From NCBI GenBank assembly GCA_037379345.1, contig CM074513.1:35956885-36020884 (forward strand): DNA of 64,000 nt. The letters are read 5' to 3'. The notes beneath the pieces were generated by a model. The model did not search any database, was not told where the DNA came from, and worked only from the letters and a program-made list of their open reading frames with translations. A program made the position numbers and the translations under genes. The stretch comes from Perna viridis. Lineage: Eukaryota. Below are positions 1 to 10,900 of the stretch, in pieces (position 1 is the first letter of the stretch; each line of letters starts with the position of its first letter).

Positions 1-162
1 CACAAGGATTGTTAAAAATAAGGAACATTCATGCAAAGTTTGGTTGCAATCTATCGAGCAGTTTCAAAGGAGAAGAATTTGGAAAAAAGTTTATGGACGA
101 CGACGACGACGGACACATAATGATGGCAATAGCTCACCTGGCCTTTCGGCCAGGTGAGCTTT
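1..162 (-). mobile_element. 5' end of a Helentron-associated non-autonomous element (HINE/DINE-1-like), cut by the window edge
   Basis: Perfect 13-bp stem AGCTCACCTGGCC-TTTC-GGCCAGGTGAGCT (131-160) next to a (GAC)n microsatellite (~97-113). The same end structure occurs at 3443-3477. Confidence 0.75.
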
Positions 163-1473
163 AAAGAGAGAAGCCTTCGTGCACGTTTTGTAATAAAATT
201 TTAACGAACTATTATTATTTAGAGTATCAGACAATAGGATCAGTATTTCCGATATTAGGCACATCGCTAGTACTGGAGAGGGAAACGTAATAGACTTCAC
301 ACATAGTCCTGACCAATGCAAAAACAAGACAGATGCTTGTTTAAATAGCTAAAACAATTACTTCCACCTCCTCCAGTTTCAACAGCTAAAACCAGCACAA
401 ATATCGGCAAAACATACCAAAGCATCAAACCAGAAGAACAGTTTTGGGGACGTCAGAACACAAAAGACATGACCATAACGTGGAAAATATATGTATATAC
501 AACTGTATAGAATCAATACTACAGAAACTTAAAAATGCATGACTATAGTGTTTCCTCCATCATGTTTTATCCCTTGCTTGTACTTTTGAGCAAATAAATA
601 TGTTAAAGCTAAACTATGTACAAAGAAACTAAGTTCTTAACAAACCTGAATATAGACATAATATAGATATTACACAATTCAGTGCACTACTAGGATGCCG
701 GAAGCATTATTTTAAAATATATTCAATTTACAATATAATTTAGATCCTACAAAGAAAGATGACACCCGGGATGAAACATGCACTGGTATAGAGAGCAGCC
801 CAAAATCACCAAGTTTTTTTTTTAAAGAAAAACGCACAAGCATTACAGAAAGTGAACTCAACCTACTGATAAAAAGATCAGATTCGGGTTTAACTCAGAC
901 AAATATAGCACACATTTTATCACAGAACATATACGTAGAAACGTTGAGACAATCCGACATAACAGCCATATTCGATCAAAAGTGTCCCATTCCATACATC
1001 GGAACTATTTCCAAAGATATCGGGTTTACAAGACACTTTTCTGACACAAGTGTTTGACATTAAAAAAAAGGAAGTGGTCATCTGGCATAAAAATAGAAAA
1101 AAGTGTCAGGCATACTAACACAATGCACCATACAGGCTAAAACGGCATTTGGTAACATCAGCGATTTTTGTGATTGCTTTTATTTCAAAGTCAGTAAGGA
1201 ATCAAAATTACAACAGTTGCAAGGGAAACAAATGATTGTTAACAATGAAAAATAAAGATAATCACAAGAAAGAAGGGAAGGAATGTTGTAAAACAATTTA
1301 ACAAACATTTTACTTTTTTTCCTTCCCTAATTAATCAATGTGTCGCCTATTTTTAAATTCCCCTTTAATCGACGAAAAACATTTGTTTTCATAATTTTCA
1401 TAAATGTATGAAACAGGAAAGTCTTCATAACACTACTTAGATTCCTTTGATCCATTTGTTGTTGGCACATTTC

Positions 1474-1598
1474 CCCGTATAATGAATACCTGTTCTTTGT
1501 TCTAATCACGGCCTCCCGTGTAATGAATATCCTGTTCTTTGTTCTAATCACGGCATCCCGTATAATGAATACCCTGTTCCTTGTTCTAATCACGGCCT
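1474..1598. repeat. Minisatellite, 3 copies of a 41-42 bp unit
   Basis: Unit CCCGTATAATGAATACC(C)TGTTCTTTGTTCTAATCACGGCCT. It accounts for the repetitive ORF 1327-1593. Confidence 0.9.
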
Positions 1599-3004
1599 CA
1601 TAGTTTTTTCTTTAATATGCAGTGTTCCATATAATGTAGTGCTTTTCATCTGTACTATGTTAATTTATTATCAAGACCAAAATTAAGGAATATATCAAAA
1701 CATAGATCCAAAAACATTATTTTAAAAGTGCTTTATGCATTTTTTTTTCAGTGTTTTTGTAAAGTATGAAATAAATGCAGAATACATATTTCTCAAATAC
1801 CCTTTGCATTCCAGTTAAAAAATACAGGATATTGAAACCTAAAATTAGAAAAATATAAATGTAACTTATTTTCGTGAAAGAAGCTTTTAATTTTAGCACA
1901 TTGTGACATGTCAACTTTCTGTAATCAGAAGAACGAAGCAGTTGCAATTATGGATTTTTAAAACACCACTTTGCTATAACTTCAACCATAAAATCTGATG
2001 CTGTATAATATTTTAAAAGTGTTTCTTCAGAAAATTGTTTCACTGGAAAGTCAACTAAAAATGCAGTTTATCTAAAATAAATGGGGAAAAAACACCGTTA
2101 TATCATTCCAAATTAATACAAGGTTTTTTTTTCATTCCAATAAACAGGATGGTGTTAGTTGGCAAACAAAAAATCAAGAAATCAAAATGAGATAAACAAG
2201 ATGAAAAAGGAGTTCACAAATAATCTTGTGTGAAATCAACATAGATATTACATACATTTTTTTGTTGTTCACCGACGCATAACATGTGTATACTTCCACA
2301 AAAAAATTGTTTTTGTTGTTCACCCACGCAAGTCATTGAAACATGCATAATGAAGTCAAAATATTTTTATTCTCCCTAATTGGCAAATGTTACTCGATTT
2401 AATCACATTTTCAATGGAGGGGATATTGGCCACATGGATCGACATTTTAAAAATCCAACTATGAAAGCGTATTATGTCAAGAAAACTTGAGACTAAATAT
2501 TTAGTTTGACGAACTATGTGTCTAATATGTCCGCACCAAAATAAAGCCACCGTCAATCTTCCAAATTTATCAAGAAATTAACTTATTTTCCATAGAAATG
2601 ACTTAGTGACGTCATTTTGTACATTGTAATAGCTCGTAATCTTTTTTGTTCGGGTTAGGTAATTTTTTACACAAAAATATGGCAACAAATGTTTTCAGTT
2701 AGATTGCTCGAATTTTCACTGAATGACAGGGCCGGTAAAAACGAATATACCCTTTTGTCTGCAGCGGAACAAACGAACAAAAAAATTACAGATATATATG
2801 ATCATTACACTTCAGAACTGTTCTGCTTCATTGTTTACTGTGTTATATTGCTCACTTTGAACACTTCTTATGACATTTTGAACTGGAATACGAAGCCTTG
2901 TTCCTAGACGAGACCGGTCAATGACAAACTAAAAATTAGAATTGGTTAACACATACTGAAATTGTATAAATTATAACTCTGAACAATAACTGTTTCTCCC
3001 AATA

Positions 3005-3477
3005 AACAATAGGCTCCCATGAGCCTGGATCGCTCACCTTGTTAAATTTTGTCTGTCAATGGGAATAATTTTAACAAGGAGTTGTCTTATTTTGACTCAA
3101 GTAGACTTTGGTAAGACTTATCATAAGGATCATTTCAGGCAGGGATGGGCACGATTACTGTCAAATGTAATCGATTAATAATCGATTACATGAAGGATTT
3201 TAGTGTAATCGATTAATAATCGATTACTCTGATTTTTGTTTATAATCGATTACAATCAATTATTTTATAGAATGTATAGATTTTGTAGATATATGTGAAA
3301 AACTACTGTCTGACCCCCAAGGTTGGCTTCAATTGGTCAAGTAGTGTCAGATGAGATGATTTTTGGAAGATGTAACATTAAAAATAGCAAACAAAAAACG
3401 ACGGACGACGACGACGAGGGACGAGAGACGCCAAGTGATGGCAAAAGCTCACTTGGCCATTGGCCAGGTGAACTAGA
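3005..3477 (-). mobile_element. Complete HINE-like element
   Basis: On the minus strand: 5' subTIR/IR hairpin (plus-strand AGCTCACTTGGCCATTGGCCAGGTGAACT), a (GTC)n tract, then 3' subTIR AGGTGAGCG followed by a short hairpin (AGGCTC-ATGG-GAGCCT) and a T-rich end. Confidence 0.7.
3140..3262 (+). mobile_element. End fragment of a hAT-like non-autonomous element nested in the HINE
   Basis: Starts CAGGGATGGGC (hAT-style terminus), followed by near-palindromic subterminal repeats GTAATCGATTAATAATCGATTAC at 3167-3189 and 3205-3227 and a half copy near 3243. No second end seen. Confidence 0.5.
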
Positions 3478-3635
3478 AATATTAGTAGTTAAATTAGGAA
3501 AAAGTAAAGCATTGATTTTTCCTTTGTTTAAAAAGCTATATTTGCATTGTTATTTTTTTCTATATCATTATTGATGCGACATACAACAGTCGGAAAGTTT
3601 TGAATTTTAAACATCGAATTTGACTTTGTTCTTAC

Positions 3636-4132
3636 CTGCCAAAAGTATTCGATAGGTTCAGGCAAAACAGGAATAACCATCAGACCACAGACTGACACAA
3701 TTCCCGAGAAATGCATTATTGAAATTCCTCTATGTTCCCAATATTCCGATTTACCTTTATTTTCCGCTTTGCGGTCTGTCCAATTATTTGCAAATCTTCC
3801 CTTGTTTTTGTATTAGTTAGGTAATAAACACCAGACGAAACAGAAATACATCGTATGATATACATAAAAGTAGTGCACAGTACATTTCTGTTTGTATTAT
3901 CTCAAAATGCAGAAAGCCGTACAAAATGAATGAAAATTTTGCCATATTATAGTATGAAGACTTTTGTTCCCTTACTACAATATATTCGACTGACCGAACC
4001 TATCCCAATGTTTATTTTAGGTTTCATGCATGGAATGTATCCTGTTTTAGGCAAGCTGTGCTTACCAATGATTCGGCTTGAGGCACAGCAAAGGCAACAC
4101 AAGGTAATGGAATCTTCATCAATCTTCTGATT
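3636..4132 (-). pseudogene. Decayed ARRDC paralogue: remnants of exons 4 and 5
   Basis: 4031-4132 reads ag|NQKIDEDSITLCCLCCASSRIIGKHSLPKTGYIP and then diverges (intact gene: NPASAEDSKTLCCLCCASGPIVGKHSLPKTGYVP). ~3636-3830 reads TKTREDLQIIGQTAKRKI/KGKSEYW...VIPVLP..IEYFWQ|GTAAG with frameshifts. Confidence 0.85.
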
Positions 4133-4754
4133 CTGTGAAATATGTGTTTAAAGACAAAAATCCAGTACTGAGTCTGGAAAGACTTTCTGCATTCAAATGT
4201 TTTATTTCTTCGAGGTACTATACATGAAATTACCTTTCTTAAAGAACAAATTAGTACGTATTTGAAATAGAGAACAAAACAAAAGCCTAAGGAAACGGTG
4301 TTTCCATTTGCAGTTTCAAGTATTGTTTTGTTGGTGCAAAAAAGTAAATATGGTAATAAAACATTTGGATCTTCCTATTGCATTGTCAGATATTATATAC
4401 AGTTTTGATATTGTATAACTTCATCTTGGTATAAAACTGCTGACTGAAACCACGGGGCAACTGGGTAAGAGAGCAGAACATCTTAATTTTAAAAGTAAAA
4501 ACGCATAGTAAAATAACAACACAATATTTGCACAGTTGACATTAATCTCAAATTATCCCTTGAGCTTCCACCAAAGAACGGGTAAAACATTTCAATCTAA
4601 AGGAAAAGTTACAATTGTAACATAATGCTCCTTTACTTTGTCGGTTTCTCTGAATACGATACTAAACCGAATAACATAATACTATATTAGTTAGGTTTTT
4701 CTTTAAAGTGACTATGTAGATGTACCGCTTTCAACTTGGTCGACAGTAAAAGTA

Positions 4755-6495
4755 AATATAACGAGATTAGGTATGGTGTATATGTCATGCAAAGAGACAA
4801 CAATCTCACCGGGAGATGAAAATATGTCAGCAAGGCCACCCATTGATCTTCGACAATTAAATCCTCATACCACAGGGCAGGCTGCAGCTGGCCTCAAAAC
4901 ATCATTATACACAGGTACAGCGAAGTTGCCCCAATATTCTCAAGTAACATAAAAAATAAACTGAAGGTGAAAACAAAACAAGACATACAGAGGTAAAAAA
5001 ATTCCTGATTAGGGACAGGCGCAAAAAATGCGGCGGAGTTAATCTACTTAAGCGTGATCACAACTCTCCCTCTTTAAAATCTGGCCACTGTGGAAAAAAA
5101 TATTACACAATTAAACACGCCTAAAAATCGGTTCAAGAAGATCTGAGACCCTTGTTACAACGGAAATCAAGGAACTGAATATAGATCAATTATTCCCATG
5201 CGGGGTTGAGAATCACGGTACATCATAAGTCATACAATAAGGATAAAACCCATGTCATGTCAAAAACTGCTTTTAAATACAGTGTTTTAATTTGTATGTA
5301 AAGACCCTATGAGCGAATCAATTTTAATACCAAAAATGCTACCCGCAACGATTTTGCAAGAATATCATAACTATTTCCCTTATGAATGAGCCTATTCAAA
5401 TTATCGAGCTTTCCGTGCTTTGTGTAGAATATTACCGTAAAACAAAGGATGAGAGATACCCCACACACGTATTAATCCTTTACTATTACATCTGTATTTG
5501 AGAGTGAGTTCCTTGTACCGGTTGAAACTTTTGTGAATGGTTTTATGAGCTTGTCATATCGAAAACCTTGATGAAGTAATTTCTCGGTTATATTAAAATT
5601 CCTTTCGATAAATTCCGAAACATAGTTACAATTTAAATACGAGCAAATTTAACCCATTGTGATATGTAAATATCATATGACGGTAACAAGGGGACGCCAC
5701 CATATAAAAACGAATAGTTGACAATAGGGAATCAAAATAGTAAATTTTAGTATTATGTTAAGCATATGAATACCAAGATCAAGAAACGGACATTCTTTAT
5801 TGTCAATATGTGATTTGTTCTAAGACAGTTCTACAGGATTTATATCTTCAGTATAAATATTAAAGTCATTATAATTTAGAGCCAAAATATCGTCCAAATT
5901 TAAAAAGGTGTTATTACCAAATAACCAAATATTTCTACCAAATATTGTTTGGAAGGGTCTTTATTTATTCTAGCCATAAAATGTGACTCGTAACAGTACA
6001 GAAATAGGTCCGAAATAAGTGGTGCACAATTGGTCCCCAATTACAATAACTTGACGATAAACGGTTTCACCAAAGCGTACGAAAATGTTGTCTAACAGGA
6101 ATTCCAGTGCTGTAAGCATACCAAAAGAAGTCCAATTAACGTAGTTTTTATGTTTTCGTTACTAAAAAATGATCGAAACGAATTCGAAAAAATATATTCA
6201 CACCTCTATTTATTAAATGAACATTTGACAAGATATGCGAATTTTTTGTTTTATGAGATTATGTGGAAGTGTAGTGAATAAAAGAGAAAAATCAAAACTT
6301 TGAATAGATTCGAAAGATCACACATGGGCATGTAATTCATTAAAACACTTCAAGTGAGTTTTTAAAACTCCTAAAAGAGTTAATTCCACTATTTTCATAA
6401 GCTTTATTACAAAAATTCATAATTAGATTTTTTATGGTATTGAGCGCAGTAGTAAGTAAAACAGAAAGTTGAGTTGTAGAGCAAGTGGCTGAATT
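4755..6495 (-). mobile_element. Penelope-like retroelement family 2 (Naiad-like, RT at the C-terminus), 5'-truncated and decayed
   Basis: Broken frames give SATCSTTQLSVLLTTALNTIK..SGINS..KNSLEV, SFDFSLY, LLDNIFVRFG..YRQ..GTNCAPLISDLFLYCYES, LDDILALN, FLDL, PIVNYSF..VP..PSY.IYISQ..FAR. The ORF ends near 5287 with no C-terminal GIY-YIG domain. The ~530-nt 3' UTR is homologous to the UTR part of 31330-32031. Confidence 0.85.
4992..5086 (-). ncRNA. Putative circularly permuted (P5-opened) twister ribozyme, decayed copy A
   Basis: GGCCAGA..GAGG-GAGAG-UUG..U^AA-CUCC-GCC-[GCA UUUUU UGC]-G-CCUG-UCCCUAAU-CAGG. Matches the twister core U^AA-P2-GCC-P3-P4-UCCCAAGY-P4' with the P2'-GAGGG strand placed 5'. 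Predicted scissile bond U5041/A5040. Confidence 0.6.
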
Positions 6496-6509
6496 GTGGA
6501 TATTATATG

Positions 6510-7520
6510 GAACAAGATATACTTGATTTCGCAAAGGCGTTCGACAAAGTATCCCACAGCCTATTATTTCACAAACTATCATGCTTTGTATGTGTGATTT
6601 TAGTAGCTTTATGTTCTTTGTTGTATATGTCTGTTTTCCATGTCTGGTCTTTGTCCCTGGATTACATTCTTTTGATTACCGCTATAACCTTGGTTCCCTT
6701 GATTACTCTTTCTATATCACTAATGAATCCGAGGGAAGACAAACCAATTGATATAAGCAGAACACGGAAGTTTCTGTAGGAGAAACATCAGACCAAGTTG
6801 AATCAGGTGTGCCATAAAGACCGACTTATTCCTTCAACTGCGAGACTTTCCGTCCATATTATTGTTTATTTACCATCTTATCCGAAAGTGCTTCCTACCA
6901 GTTCCAGATTTAGACAATCTTACATTATTGGAAGGAAGATGGACAATGAAGTTACATTCAGATAAATGAACAGTACTATCCATGAGTAAAAAGAAAAAAA
7001 AACAATAGAAAGGAAGTACAAACTACATGGACTCATACTCAAATATGAAGCGTCTACCAAATACCTAGGATGCATAATCACTAGTGACTTTGACTGGGGA
7101 GAGCACATCTCAAACGTCATAGATAAAATAAAGCAAGCAGAAGCTTAGAGTTTGTCAACCGTAACCTACATGTAAAATAAAAAACCACCGAATAACAGGC
7201 ATACATTTGTTTAGTAAGACCATAACTCGGTCCTAGTACTGATCGCCACAACAGAATGGGAACCGTACCATCAGACCCAAACAGACAAAGTAAGTAGAGA
7301 AGATACAAAAAAGGGTAGCGAGATTTGAAACCAATCGCCGCAGACAGAGAACTAGTGTAGCTGACATGATAAAAGATTTAGGGTTGAAAAGCCTAGAACA
7401 TGGAAGAAAAGCAGCCAGTCTAATCACTTTCTACAAGATCGTAAACAACATAGTAGCCATAGAAAAAGATACTGTTGCGAAGGTTAAGGCATTCAGAAGA
7501 CCATGCATATACTCAGCAAT
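6510..7520 (+). mobile_element. Decayed non-LTR retrotransposon (CR1/L2-group-like RT), interrupted by a PLE family 1 tail
   Basis: LDFAKAFDKVSHSLLFHKL (6510-6582). After the interruption: KYLGCIITSDFDWGEHI, AYICLVRP, EKIQKRVARF, SVADMIKDLGLKSLEHGRK..FYKIVN. Confidence 0.8.
6583..6712 (+). mobile_element. PLE family 1, 3'-terminal fragment
   Basis: Near-identical to the last ~130 nt of the copies at 9290, 18933, 19933, 38489 and 52819. Ends CCTTGATTACTCTT. Confidence 0.9.
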
Positions 7521-7912
7521 CAACAACCAAAGACTGACGGAAGTGTGAAAATTTTGTTCTTTTTCCAAGTTTCTACATTTCTTTCAACGCTATTTCAAAT
7601 TTTCGACACAGTTTTTTCGAACGCCGCTAAGTTAGCAGTATTTGGCCGATCGGGAAACATAATTGCGATCAGGTGATATACGTTTCCATAGAAGAGCGTC
7701 CTTAAGGTCAAAAGGTAAAAAGCGAAACTATACTGATTGCGTCGGAAAAACAAGAACACTCAACAACTGCACCGCAATTTATATTTGGCATCTAGGAAGA
7801 CTACGTATGTAATAAATATCATGAAGTAGAATTGTGCATTGAAAGTTAAATATCACTATCTCAAAGAATAATGCATTTCGATAATCCAAAACGATTGAGA
7901 AACCTGCTCTGT

Positions 7913-10900
7913 TCAATTCGCGGCAGGAGTGGGTTGGAACGATGAGTCAAATTTATTCCAGTTATAGTATGGATATTGTGGTGCAAAACTGTCACTGGAA
8001 TAGTCTGCTTGATCGGCTGGCTGAACAACATTTGGTGCCCCTTGCTGTCCGTTTGGTGCTGGAGGATACATAGCAGTTGAAAATGAAGTAAAAGACGGTT
8101 GGGCTAAAATGAAAAAAACATGACACGATATAAAAACAGTGCTAAAAATTATGTTCGATTCCCGTCTTACATCCGGGACGTTATAAATAATCAAAAACAA
8201 AACATGGGTAACAATTGAGAAAATAACGGTTGCTGATCAGTCAAGTTGCTTGTTTGACTGAAATGTGGATGGGAGTCCGTACAAGACACGGGATGACAGC
8301 TCTTAAAATTGGGCACACATGAACAATAGAAAACGTAAAGAAGTCAGAAATGTCATTATTTATACTTTGGTGCTGGAGGATACATAGCAGTTGAAAATGA
8401 AGTAAAAGATGGTTGGGCTAAAATAAAAACAAAACAAGATATGAATACACTGCTGACGGTATGAATAATCAAAAACTAAACATAGGTAACAGCTGAGAAA
8501 ATAACGGTTGCTAATTGGTCAAATCGCTTGTTGTGCTAAAATTTGGATGGGAGTCCGTTCGAGACACGGGATGGCGACTCTTAAATTAGGCACACATAAA
8601 CAACAGGAAAAGAAAAGAAGTCAAAAATATTATTATTTATGCTTAGAGGAGAAGGTAAATTAAAAAGACATAATTATCTTGTGTATATTTTCGATATTTT
8701 CGATGATAAAACCTAAAACAAATGTTACGGAGACATACGGAGTCGATCGAATATCACAAGGAAACAATATTTCGCGGGTTTGTTTCTACATTGGACGCCT
8801 GTAAATACAAATAAATAAGAAAGATCCTACTACGTTAGCCTTCATAATACCAATAGTTTCGTTATGAAAAAATGAATAGTTTTATTCTCGATATTCTAGA
8901 TAAAGCTTAGAGACCGATAAATTTTTAGGAAAGCTACTACTTGTCTCCTATATCAATAGCAAAATAAAACGTCGTCAAAACTTTAAAAGTAGTGTGTACA
9001 GAAGATGTTTGCATTTATGCCTTTGTCGGTTTTCCTTGTGCGTTAAAATGATTTTGGCTTACCACTAGAATGGATAAGGTAATCAATCGGGATTTAATTT
9101 GTTTAGTGGATCCGAAGTCGTCCTTTTTGTTTAAGGCATTTAAAGTCTTGCAGTGTCTCAGTTAATTATGTAATAGCCATTAGTTTTTACTCGTGTAAAA
9201 TAAAATTTTGAGGGTAAACGTGAGACTGTACTTTATTGTAGGGGCGTTGTCATATTTCCAACGCGTCTTGTTTTATAATATAATCCTCTTTTTTGTATCT
9301 TGCTAGAATTCTAACAAATAGGCTTCTGGAACAGGGTTATGTTGCTACAAGATTGAATGATTAATTCAATGTGTCATAGTTTTCCTTTCCTCGTTTGTCA
9401 ACCCCGGACTTGACTTTTATGAGCAACTCGGCGGGTATTTCTAGAAAAGCAGAGGACGCTTACCCTACCGGTGCACCTGATCTATGCTCCCAGTTTTTAG
9501 TGGAGTCCGAGTTGCTCATTCATGCTTTTGTTACTTTGTATGTATGATTATAGTTACTTTATATTCTTTGTTTTGTATGTCTGTTTTCCATGTCTGGTCT
9601 TTGTTCCTCGATTACATTCTTTTGATTACCGCTATAACCTTGGTTCCCTTGATTATTCTTTGTTTTACCGTACCGTTATATATAAAAACGAAATGATTTC
9701 TTTACCATCTACGCACAGTGAATTGTGTGTATTTGCTCTTGTTTAACATTTTAATCTGGCAATTCTATGTTCTAAGCGATTTTTTTGTCGAGATTGTAGT
9801 ATTTACAGGGCAATACATTGAGAGTTGATGTTTTTTTTATAAAATTAAACTGATTTGATTTTTTCATGCAAATTTACAAGACACAGATTTAATTATACTG
9901 CATCTACAATTCATGTTACATGATGGCGCATTGTAAAATACTTACGAACATTAGCAGGAAGTGACAGACCAGACAACATAGTCCCACCTCCTGAACTCGG
10001 TGCACCGTATTGTTGAGCAGACGATACAAGAGGAATACCTCCTATCATTACCGGAATGGCGACTCGAAGATTTATAGCTGGTCCCGAAGGATCCATTACA
10101 AACTGAAAAGTTACAGAATGTTAAAAAGACTTGTCGGAAATGCATCCATAAAACGACACAAGACATTTATTTTGTCTTTGCAATTTAATTCTCATATTGG
10201 TATATGAATATCCCTAAAAACTCGATTTGTACTTGTGATAAAATTTATCATATATATAACAATCTGCATGAATTGAATTAAGACAAAAATAAAAGGAACT
10301 AAAAAAGTTTATTATTAAGAACATAACACACCTCCATATTCCAAAATTTCGAAATAAAGACGGGCCATAAATGCAATACAAACTATGTATAACCAAAGTG
10401 TTCATGTTTCTTATTGTCCAAAGCAATGTTTTATTATTTAAATAGAAATCAACGCCCGAAACATAAGCAATGACTGACATAACTAGCGAAAATAGTCTAA
10501 ACACGAAAATGACTCTAAATTAAATCTCGTCAATCGGGGAAATAAATGTATCATTCACATTTTATAAAACTATAATATAATTCCTGATATTATGAAAATA
10601 AAAATGTTCCATTGTGTTGTAAAAAGAAAGTTTTTTTTTTAAATTGATAGCAGCGATAAAATTGGTAATTCTTATTTTACATTGCAAGATTAACTCTCTC
10701 ATGAATCTTACCTGCCAAAAATACTGGATGTCTATTATATTACAACCAACCAACCCAGAACCCGGTAAAGGAGGGACAATAATCTGTTCTCCGTCCCAGT
10801 AATCCGAGTCTCCTTTACCTATCTTCCGTTTCGTTGTCTGTGCTACTATAGTGGAAACTGTTCTGGTTTTTCTAGAAGTTATGTATCGGACTCTCTGAAG

